From NCBI GenBank assembly GCA_965205025.1, contig CBDBFU010000020.1, positions 64,001 to 128,000 of the forward strand: a DNA stretch of 64,000 nucleotides, read 5' to 3'. This document shows positions 40,550-50,081 of the stretch, piece after piece. The notes below the pieces were generated by a model. It saw nothing but the letters and a program-made list of their open reading frames with translations. It had not been told where the DNA came from and ran no database searches. The stretch's first letter is position 1. The number at the start of each line of letters is the position of its first letter. A program made the translations under genes and the position numbers. This stretch comes from Candidatus Poribacteria bacterium (GTDB lineage Bacteria > Poribacteria > WGA-4E > WGA-3G).

Positions 40550-43013
40550 ATGAAAGATAAAATAACCATCTTATTATTAGTTATTATTTTATTTTTGACT
40601 TTTTGGATTCGTGTTCAGGGCGTTGAACGGATTCCAGCGGGTCAATTTACGGAGAACGATGCGTATACGTATTATTGGCAATCGGGTATTATAGCAGAGC
40701 AGGGTAGGTTACCAGTCCGTGATATGTCTCGTTGGTTGCCAGTGGGCCGTGATAATGGTCAGTTGTTTTCGTTTTATGCCTATGCGTTAGGGTATTTGTC
40801 CAAACTTTTTCCGTGGGTGTCGCGATATACCATTCAGATTTATCTTCCTGTCTTTTGCTTCACTTTGATTGTAGGGCTTATTTTTGTGTTCTTTTGGCGT
40901 ACTGACGGTGAGTTATTTACGTTGATTGTAGGGGTGGTGCTTGCGACATTGCCTGGAAGTATTAGTCGGAGTGCAGTCGGGTTTGGTGATAGGGATACGT
41001 GGTGTTATCTGTTTGGTGCTCTTGCTATTTTTGGATATCTATTTAAAGAGCGTATGGAAGTAGGTATTCATAGAACAATTGTGAATTGTTTGTGTGGGTT
41101 GGTAGTATTTATTGGCGGTCTTTCTTGGGAGGCGTTTGGTGTATTTGTTTTAGTTATTGTGTCTTTGGAAATATGGAAGTTTTGTCGTGAGGAAGGAATT
41201 GAGAGTTATAGTGAGTACTTAATATGGGTGCTAATGTTTGTTCCTGGATTACTGCTTATCAGTCCAGCATATAGAAACGGTTACGGTTTTTCTGCACATG
41301 TGGGCGCGTTATTGATATTTCCTGTTTTGACGGTCTTAGTGATACGTGTTATTCGCCAGTTGTGTTTTAAATATGTAAAGGTTGTTCGTTTACATAAGAA
41401 AAAACTTGTTTGGGGTCTAACTTTATTTTCGTTTTTGCTTGGGATAGGGTATATCGTTCTTCAATCAGGAAGTTTTGCATCGACAGTTTTTTCTTTTCAA
41501 GAGAGTCGTTTGATGCAAAATGTAGGTGAGTTACAGGATCCGCATTTTAGGTATTGGTATTGGCGGTACGGATCTATCTATATTTTAGGGAGTATTGGTT
41601 TTATTGTTTGTTCCGTTATTCTATGGGGTCGTTTTGGTGTTGTACTCGCGGCATCTGTTTTATTATTTGTGTTGACGACATTCTTTCGGTGGCCTGTAAG
41701 TGATGTTATTGGTGAGAATATTTGTGATGTTCTATTCATGGTTTCATTGTGTTTAACAGGAATTAGTGTCGGTATTGCTTCTTTGCGAGAATCACAAAAA
41801 AAAGAGGTATATGTTGTATTGGCGATGTTGATGTGGTTTGTAATATGGGTATCATTTGCGCGTGGTGGCAAACGGTTTGACTTCTTTATAGGTTTGCCAC
41901 TTGCGTATGGAACCGCATGGCTTTTGTATTCATCACCCGTGTATGTTATAGAGAAGTTAAAAGAAATTGGAGTGATTTATAGGGAACGTCTTAATGGTAT
42001 GCACGTAGCTGTTGTATTTTCTATTGTCGTATTAGTGCCAGTGTTATTTGTAGATGTATTGGGAGGGCATGTTAATCGTTCTGTTCATGCTTCGGCAGAG
42101 ATGAAAAAACCTATTCCTGGTGTGAATGATGTTGCAGAGGCGTTTGAATGGATCAAAGAGAATTTGAATGAAAATGTTGTGATGGCAGCAAATTGGCCAC
42201 ATGGAACGCAGCTGAATGTGCTTGGGAATGTAAAAACGGTTGTAGATTCGGATCATTATCTGCCACATTGGATACATTTGTACTATAGACATGTGTTTTG
42301 TGCTCAGGATCCGTATGAAGCGTTAAGTTTTTTGAAAACACATAATGCAACCCATTTGATGATGACCGAGTGGGAGGTGATTTCTCGTTCACATGTATAT
42401 TCTTATATTGGTAGTAATGCGGATAATGATAGACGATTTCGGTTACACAAGTTTGTTCGGGTTGATGGACCTATCGGTGAACCCTATCAGTTAGAACCTG
42501 AATCTGATCGAATGCCAATAGCATTTATTGATTTTGTTTCCAAAACAGGAACACGTGAACCTGGAACACACGGACCTGTTGAAATTGGCAAGCAACAGAA
42601 GTTAGGATTTACGATTCACTTGAAAACAGATGAGAACTTAACAGGGGACCTGGCTATTACGTTTGGAAAAGAGTCTATCCGTACAGTGAGTATGGGCAGT
42701 AGTGGGTTAGTGTTTTACTTTGATCGTAATGGTGTCCTAAAACAGGGGTATTTATTGTCCTCTCGTGGGTGGGAAAGTCTGGCAATAGAACTATTTTTGA
42801 GAAATAAAGCATGAGGAGTTTTTTATTCCGATGTATCCTATGGAGAACTTTAAAACAAGTGATGTAAAGATATGGAAAATTAATTATCCTGACTCTATTA
42901 AAGCGGATCCGAAATATCTTGTGACTGCTCCTGTGAATTCTGAAACAGATGACAATTCTCATGTTCCAAATGACCATTCCCATGATATAGATGAGCATTC
43001 GCATGAACACTAA
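40550..43013 (+). CDS. STT3/AglB/PglB-like oligosaccharyltransferase (GT-C) with atypical NWPHG motif; one frameshift near the 3' end
   Basis: Multi-TM N-half with ENDAY, GFGDRD (DxD), NVGE, KRFDFF; soluble C-domain MAANWPHGTQLNVLGNVKTVVD; removing one A at 42806-42808 joins it to 42831-43013 (HEEFFIPMYP..VKIWKINYP). Confidence 0.78.
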
Positions 43014-43722
43014 TAAGAATTTTATATCAATAGTCATGCCTTGTTTGAATGAGGAGGAGACACTTGGTATTTGTATTGAAAAAACACAATCTACTTTGAA
43101 AATGTTAGAATTTTTCGGAGAAGTAATTGTATCTGATAACGGTTCCACCGATGCCTCTGTAGAAATTGCTGAACGTCTCGGTGCGCGCGTAGTGCATCAA
43201 CCTACACGCGGCTACGGTGCCGCCTATCTTGCAGGCTTCGCCGCCGCACAAGGACAATACATCGTCATGGGAGACTCCGATGATACATACGATTTCACAG
43301 ATTTAGAAAGGTTTATCACCCCGCTTCAAAACGGTTACGATCTTGTCATCGGAAATCGGTTCAAAGGGACAATCCTTCCAGGTGCAATGCCATGGGCAAG
43401 ACGCTACATCGGCAATCCCGTTTTATCTGGTATGCTGCGTGTCCTTTTTGGTACATATATTTCAGATTCACACTGTGGGATGCGATCATTCACTGCCGAG
43501 GCATATAAACGGATGGATTTGAAAACAACAGGTATGGAATTCGCCTCTGAAATGGTCATCAAGGCAATACAGACCGAGTTGAAAATACTTGAAATTCCCA
43601 TCACCTATCATCCCCGTGGCGGCGAGTCTAAACTCAATGCCATACGGGACGCCCTCCGACATCTACGCTTTATGTTCCAATATAAACTGACATCTGCCAA
43701 AAAACATGCACGCGACAAATGA
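43003..43722 (+). CDS. GT2 glycosyltransferase, polyprenol/dolichol-phosphate sugar synthase (DPM1-like)
   Basis: ISIVMPCLNEE, DNGSTD, GYGAA, MGDSD, DSHCGMR, YHPRGGESKL. Confidence 0.88.
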   Translation: MNTNKNFISIVMPCLNEEETLGICIEKTQSTLKMLEFFGEVIVSDNGSTDASVEIAERLGARVVHQPTRGYGAAYLAGFAAAQGQYIVMGDSDDTYDFTDLERFITPLQNGYDLVIGNRFKGTILPGAMPWARRYIGNPVLSGMLRVLFGTYISDSHCGMRSFTAEAYKRMDLKTTGMEFASEMVIKAIQTELKILEIPITYHPRGGESKLNAIRDALRHLRFMFQYKLTSAKKHARDK

Positions 43723-44281
43723 ACTGCCAAAAATACCGAAGAAACTGATAGATAGACTTCTTGAATACTTACGATTTAAGACGGCAAAAAGGTATATCTA
43801 CAGAGACAGTCGGGTTTTAGACGTTGGCACTGGAGATGGCACATTCCTACAATATCTCAATGGACACATAAGTTCAGGAACCGGCATTGATCCACTTTTC
43901 ACACACGCTATACATTTTGAGAATTACACTCTCTGCCCAGGTGTGTTCCCGCACGATTTTTATACCGAAGAACAATTTGATGTTATCACACTCCTTGCTG
44001 TCGTAGAACATATCCCTGAAACCGAACTACAGCATGTAGCAGAAGCCTGCTATAATTATCTCACGCCAAAAGGACGTATCATCATCACTGTCCCACACCC
44101 CTTTGCTGATAAGATACTCAATATATTGAAGGCTCTTAGAGTGATAAATGGACTATCGCTTGAACAACATTATGGGTTCAATCCCGAACAATTGACCGAT
44201 ATTTTCAACAAGTGGAAACTGATCAAAAAAGAAAGGTGGGAGCTCGGATTGAATTATCTGTTTATCTTTGAAAAATATTAG
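43706..44281 (+). CDS. Class I SAM-dependent methyltransferase
   Basis: VLDVGTGDG, FDVITLLAVVEH, LTPKGRIIITVP. Confidence 0.9.
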   Translation: MHATNELPKIPKKLIDRLLEYLRFKTAKRYIYRDSRVLDVGTGDGTFLQYLNGHISSGTGIDPLFTHAIHFENYTLCPGVFPHDFYTEEQFDVITLLAVVEHIPETELQHVAEACYNYLTPKGRIIITVPHPFADKILNILKALRVINGLSLEQHYGFNPEQLTDIFNKWKLIKKERWELGLNYLFIFEKY

Positions 44282-44327
44282 ACAGAATCAATTCAACGAT
44301 AATAAAAACGATCCGACTGATTAACAA

Positions 44328-44585
44328 TAGGTGTCAATTTAGTACGGATATATTTGATACAAGACAATTGGTCTACCCACTTTCAAGCGAACTTATTGGA
44401 AGCACTTCTCCAGCAAACAGTGTCGTTTGTGAAGCCCGGGGAATGCCATAAGGCATTCATACCGTTGATTTCTTGATTTCTTGATTCCTTTAGATTCCGA
44501 TCCTCAATTCTTACATTTCTTCTGTATGAGGGATTCCAATCCCCGATCTTCTCCTCTTCTGTGGGAGGGGATTCCAATCCCCGAT
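44328..44585. repeat. REP-like/MITE-end cluster
   Basis: TAGGTGTCAATTTAG, CCCGGGGAATGCCATAAGGCATTCATACCG, GGGATTCCAATCCCCGA x2. Confidence 0.75.
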
Positions 44586-44669
44586 CTTAACTACAAACGT
44601 ATCGTGATACGAAGAACATACCTTCCAGTGCGTTAATGCCAACAACTTTATACACCCAAAGACAATTTA

Positions 44670-45575
44670 TAGTAAACTTTAGAATTAATGATACATGTTT
44701 ATAACTTCATCAATGGTTATATCAGCATTGTATTCTCTGAGACGTTTGATATTCGCAAAGTCGTGTTCAATCGGGTTGTAGTCCGGTGAATAAGGTGGTA
44801 AAAACAATACCTCTGCTCCCGATGCTTCTATCAACTCACGCGTCCGAAGCGTCTTGTGGATCTTCGCATTATCAAGAACAACCACGTCTGAGACAGACAG
44901 CCGTGGACATAAATAGGCTTCAAGCCACGCATTGAAACACGCAGAATCGCAGCTTCCATCAAACAAACAAGGTGCCGTAAAAGTCGAACCGATACGCGCT
45001 GCGACCAGCGTCGTTGTTCGTGTTCTTGTGCCTGAGATCAAACCTAAGACACATTCACCTTTCGGGGCATAGCCATGACGCCTATAACTTTCAGCACGAA
45101 AAACCGCATTCATCAACATAAACTATCTTTTTACCAGCGGCGTGTTTCTCGGTGAGTGTCTGACGGTAGCCCCTACGTTTCTCATCGCACCGCTCCTTAT
45201 ATCCGATTGTTTTTTTTTCGTGTGATGCCGAGTTTCCGCAACCCATAGGCTATAGAAGACTCTGAAACACCGAAATGTGAGGCGCGTTCGTTTTGCGTCA
45301 AGTCTGGGAAATCAGCGACATGTTTTTTCAGTGCTGCCTCGTCAAGCACTCTCATGCTTTTGGGCCCCGGTTTTTGGGTCGAAAGCGGGTCTTCAGCGGC
45401 TAACCATCTATAAATCGTTGAACGATTCAGAGAAAAACGACGGGCAGCTTCGGCTTTTTTCCCGCCAGCTTCAATAAAATCTAAAACGCGTTTGCGTAAA
45501 TCTGTTGAATATGCCATAATAGACACATTCTACTACAAAATACAAAAAATGTCTCTTTAATTCTGATAGTCACTA
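44670..45575 (-). mobile_element. IS630 family element (906 bp) inserted in cassette leader copy 3; transposase frameshifted
   Basis: TA duplication at 44668-69 and 45576-77 versus empty site GACAATTTAGTATTC in copies 1 and 2; imperfect IRs TAGT..AGAATTAA; MAYSTDLRKRV HTH, VDE, LDNA, LPPYSPDYNPIE; frameshifts at A9 (45210-45218) and T5 (45099-45103). Confidence 0.92.
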
Positions 45576-45685
45576 TAGTATTCTTCGGTAGGTTATATAT
45601 GTATTAAAGGTAAATTCCAATGTTCCTTAAGGCCATTTATAAAGTTAATAATACAATGATTTTTATGGCTTAAAAATTAATTTTA

Positions 45686-45712
45686 TGTCGGAATTCTTCC
45701 CAAATCTACGTC
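45686..45712 (+). promoter_or_regulatory. Putative ECF promoter, copy 3
   Basis: TGTCGGA-N16-CGTC. Confidence 0.6.
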
Positions 45713-45743
45713 ATGCTCAATAAAGGCAGTGATGTTTTCACTT

Positions 45744-45836
45744 AAGCAGATAATTGAAAAATTAGGTATCTCCCCGCATAACATTGAAGTGTGCGTGAGA
45801 CGTGTGATAAAGCGGTGGAAGAAAACCGTAACGTAA
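45744..45836 (+). pseudogene. 3' fragment of the ECF sigma gene
   Basis: Matches about 36702-36793; the following ~190 bp also match 36794-36985. Confidence 0.82.
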
Positions 45837-46030
45837 AACGCCGCTACAAAAGTTAAGCGTGAGAGTAATTGATTTATTTTATTTTGATAAATTACGGGAG
45901 AAATGATACAATTTGCAAAATACTACCGCATGAATGAGGGTAAACAAGCACGATTCGGATAGTATTTCCAAATTGCATTTTCTCCTTCTACTCACATTGA
46001 CTTCCGACACGGAAGTTTGAAAGGAAGGAA

Positions 46031-46444
46031 ATGAAAATGACAAATACGATCAGGTTGCTAAAACTAAACACGAATTTGCTCAGCATGATAAGTCTCATTG
46101 TGCTGCTTACAATCATATTCCCAACAGTTTATTCGATTGCAATGCATGATTGCGACGAAGCAAGAGAGGATCTTGAGGCAGCTCATAGGACACTTCAAAA
46201 AGAAAGATCAGATTTACACATTGCGCAATTTTTGTATTCCGCTGCATTGCTAACCAGAAATCCAATTCTTATACATGTAGCGAGGGCTAACTTGGATAGA
46301 GCAGAAGAACAATTTGAGAAAGCGAAAAAAGATCATTTATTAAAATGGTTAGCTTACTTTAGTTGTATATACGACGATCATAGTGATGATGAAGGTGGAG
46401 CAGATGCCGGCGGTTGTGATAGTGGTGGGGATACTCCTGCCTAA
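46031..46444 (+). CDS. Secreted helical protein B2 with acidic GGC tail
   Basis: RBS AAGGAAGG; signal peptide ending SIA-MHDC; DLHIAQ..NLDRAE resembles B1; tail DDEGGADAGGCDSGGDTPA. Confidence 0.78.
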   Translation: MKMTNTIRLLKLNTNLLSMISLIVLLTIIFPTVYSIAMHDCDEAREDLEAAHRTLQKERSDLHIAQFLYSAALLTRNPILIHVARANLDRAEEQFEKAKKDHLLKWLAYFSCIYDDHSDDEGGADAGGCDSGGDTPA

Positions 46445-46488
46445 AAGTTGTGTTGATTGGAAACCACTAAAGTCCGTTTTATCTTTGT

Positions 46489-46520
46489 GATATGTTCTCT
46501 TTTTTGAAAGAGAACATATC
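46489..46520 (+). terminator. Hairpin after B2
   Basis: GATATGTTCTCT..AGAGAACATATC inverted repeat. Confidence 0.6.
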
Positions 46521-46552
46521 AAATTTATACAAAATTTAGGAGATTAATCCTG

Positions 46553-47251
46553 ATGAAAACTCAACGAAACGTAACAGGACATATTGTGATAGGAACAATT
46601 TGCCTTGCAGTATTGGGTTGTGTAACATGGTACTTTGTTTTTTATCGATCTCAGTTAAACGTTGATCCAATAAAAAAGTATAACACTATTACCTTTACAC
46701 AAAAAGATTCTGTTGAAACATTTGAAAAATCTGTATCATCCGCATTGGATACTGCAGATACAGAAGGTATCAGGGATACTTTGAGTAAAGCTGAAACTGC
46801 TGTCAGGTCAAATTCCGAAAACTCCAGTAATGTAGTCTTTCCGGTTGATGAGAACCGAAAGATAAACTCCGAACAAGATGCACAGAAAAGCACAGCAGAC
46901 TCTACAAAAGATGCAGAAATTATGAGGATCCTGATGGAAGCAGAGAAGCTTCAAAAGTTGACAGATGACACCCTGGCACGACATAAACAATTCATGGAAA
47001 TTCTAGACACGGTACCTATCTCCCAACACCAAGGGAAATTACCTGAGAATGTAGTCGAAAATCTACTTAATCAACTTGTGCCCAATTTGGTTGAGGAATT
47101 GAACACACTTTCTGCAACAGAGCAACGCAAACTTATTACTCAGTTGCGCCCATTGATGAAAACAATGGTTGGCGCGCATACCCAGGAGTCCGATTCAGTC
47201 GATGTTCTCTTAAAAATGCTTCATGCACATGGGTTTGAACCGAAGTTTTGA
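46553..47251 (+). CDS. Membrane-anchored hypothetical protein (A-like architecture)
   Basis: AGGAG RBS, N-terminal TM, Ser/Thr-rich linker, helical C-domain. Confidence 0.75.
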   Translation: MKTQRNVTGHIVIGTICLAVLGCVTWYFVFYRSQLNVDPIKKYNTITFTQKDSVETFEKSVSSALDTADTEGIRDTLSKAETAVRSNSENSSNVVFPVDENRKINSEQDAQKSTADSTKDAEIMRILMEAEKLQKLTDDTLARHKQFMEILDTVPISQHQGKLPENVVENLLNQLVPNLVEELNTLSATEQRKLITQLRPLMKTMVGAHTQESDSVDVLLKMLHAHGFEPKF

Positions 47252-47268
47252 GAATGGAGAGTAACTTT

Positions 47269-47532
47269 ATGAAGGACAATTTCTTCGTATATGGCGTTGG
47301 CATCCTTGCAATCGTTGGTGTCCTCGTTTGCTTTATCGGATACGCAACAAATACGGCGTCTATGTACACACCAAAGCAGACAACTGCTATTACAACAACC
47401 GCTGGAAAGAAGAAAAACTGCAAATGCTGTTCAAAGCGGTTGGAACGCGTCAAAAAAGCTAATAAAGATTTACTTGAACGCAACCCTGTCTTGAAAAAAG
47501 CCTTAACTGCAATCGAACACGAGACACAATAG
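47269..47532 (+). CDS. Small membrane-anchored protein with CKCC motif
   Basis: GGAG RBS before MKDNFF, TM helix, KKKNCKCCSKR. Confidence 0.6.
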   Translation: MKDNFFVYGVGILAIVGVLVCFIGYATNTASMYTPKQTTAITTTAGKKKNCKCCSKRLERVKKANKDLLERNPVLKKALTAIEHETQ

Positions 47533-47662
47533 GCGCGAAGGAATCACAAGACACCTGGGTTTCCAAAACGCTGGATCGCCTCTGCTATCAGTACCTTGTC
47601 TTGTCCATAAATGTGCTATTGAATTCGGGTGTAGAACCTATCCCTGAAAAATTGAAATTAGG

Positions 47663-50081
47663 ATGCAATTACCTCCTTATCTTCGCAAAATCCTTGTCTG
47701 TGTCCTACTTTTATACCTCATGTTTCTCACTTTTGGGATACGTATCCAAGGTGTAGAATATCTCCCAGCAGGACAATTTACAGAAAACGATGCTTTCCTT
47801 TATCAGTGGATGGCGGAGATAATTGCAGAAAACGGCACCCTTCCGCCACGCGATACACATCGCTGGCTTCCCCTCGGCAGAGATAACGGTCAATTGTTAC
47901 CACTCTATTCTTATGCCATCGCCTATACGCATAAAACGTTGGCATGGAATCTTCCCTACACTCACACGGTATCACATTCAACTCTACATCACCGCTATCT
48001 GTTTTACATTAGGGCTTGGCGTGCTTATGCCTTTTGCTTATCCGCACCCACGGGCTGCTATTTGCGTCCATCGTTAGCGCTGCTGTTGGCAACGTTACCG
48101 GGAAGTGTAGAGCGAAGTGCTGCTGGTTTTGGCGATCGCGATGCATGGTGCTGGATGTTTGGCGTACTCGCTGTCGCTGTTTACCTGTGGAAAGAACAAA
48201 TTCCATTAAACCCTTCTGTCATGAGGGAAAGAGGGGTTCCTGAAAAGGAAGGTAAGGGGATTAGTAATTGGCTTAGATATTTCGCTACCGCGCCTTGCTA
48301 GGATTTATCGTCTTCTTGGGTGGACTCTCATGGGAAAGTTTCGGGCTTTTTGTTTTAATTATTCTCTGTACAGAACTCTGGAAATTTTGCACTACAGAGA
48401 CAGAATCTCACCTAAAAGAGTACCTTATATGGATAGCTCATGTTCGTTCCGGGACTCTATCTCATCAGTCCTGCCTATCGGAGCGGATATACTTATGCAA
48501 CGCATCTGGCTGCGCTAACACTTGCCCCACCAATTGCAGTTTTTATCATGCGTGGACTGAGATACCTACTGCTTGAAGTATTACCCATCGCTACGTCTGC
48601 ATGCACGGAAACTCGCGGGAGGACTCACCTTGTTCGGCATCGGAATAGGAATTGGTTATATTCTGCTGCAATCCGGTACATTCGAGAATACCGCGTTCAT
48701 CTTCCGAGAAAACCGACTCATGAAGGACATGACAGAACTTGCTGATCCAAATTTCGGATATTGGCCCAGCCCGGTACGGCACCGTCTTTATGTTAGGTAG
48801 TCTCGGCTTGATACTTGGGAGTCTTGTACCTCTGGAAGCAGCGCGGGATTCCTGTTGCCATAGCGCTTTCACTTTTCACCGCAACAACATTTTTCCGATG
48901 GCCCCTGAGTGAGTTGGTTGGAGGAGGAAGCTGCGATATACTCTTTCTCGTTTCACTGGGACTCACGGCTATCACTCTCGCAATTGCATGTTTGCGAAAA
49001 GAAACAGCGAAAAATGAATTGGTAACGGTTATAATGGTTTGTATGGTTTGTTTTGTGGGTGGCACTTTCACGTGGTGCAAAACGTTATGATTTCTTCATA
49101 GGTGTACCTCTTGCATACGGCACCGCATGGCTCTTGTGGCAGTTGCCGGCAACACTCACACAACAATTCAAAAAACCGCAGTGGATACCCGTTACAATTG
49201 CAATTGCCGTTTTAATACCTGTCCTGTTTTGGACTCCTTTCGGTGGGCATGCAAACAGAGCTGTTCCTTCCGCCGCTTACTGGCGAAAACCGCTTCCCGG
49301 AACAGGAGATATCGCGCAAGCACTCAACTGGATAAAAACATCGCTTCCACAAGATACAGTCATGGCAGCAAACTGGAGTTATGGCAGCAGACTTAACGTC
49401 TTCGGTGGTGTCAAAACCATCACCGATCAGGATACGTTTCTCCCACACTGGATACACCTCTATTACCGACATGTCTACTGTGCACAAGACGTACGAGAAG
49501 CACTTGAATTCCTCAAAACCCACGGTGCTACGCATCTCATGCTCAGAGAGTGGGGATTGATTGACCGTGCCTTTACCTATTCTTATATCGGCAGCGATGA
49601 AATCGGTGATAAAAGATTCGGATTTACCCGCCTTGTTCAACTTGGATACAAACATCTCTCAAAGATAGAACAAACGCCTTTTCTGTACGTTGAAGAACCT
49701 GATATCGCATCACCACCTGATTTCATAACAGCACGTTTGAAAGAGGGAGGGATTGCGCGGCTCCCGTATGTGGCGTTCAAAGGTAGCAAACGCCATATCC
49801 ACAAAACTGCACTTGACGAAAATCCATACGGAAACATCATCCTTTATTACGATGAAGATGGTGCACTTGAAAAGGCGTACCACATTTCTAATCTCGGCTG
49901 GCAAAGCCTTGCTGTCCGTCTCTATTTTCTCGAGGACTTCTCCAACATCTTTGCCCCTATCTATCCTACAAATGGTGAAGATACCGCTCCTCTTAAGATA
50001 TGGGAAATTCGTTATCCACCTGACATAAAAACCGATGACAAATATCTTGCTATGGAGCCAAACGAACAAGCCAAAGAATAG
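47663..50081 (+). pseudogene. Second STT3-like oligosaccharyltransferase, multiply frameshifted
   Basis: Consecutive fragments in different frames collinear with 40550 gene: ENDAF, GFGDRD, GGLSWE, DMTELADP, KRYDFF, MAANWSYG, LPHWIHLYYRHV, LKIWEIRYP. Confidence 0.85.

Noticed and set aside
42812-42814. TGA in OST as selenocysteine or read-through
   Set aside because: Homology continues in another frame, so it is a frameshift; no SECIS-like hairpin
33693-45575. Composite transposon bounded by the two IS630 elements
   Set aside because: The two IS have different ends and transposases, and each has its own insertion site
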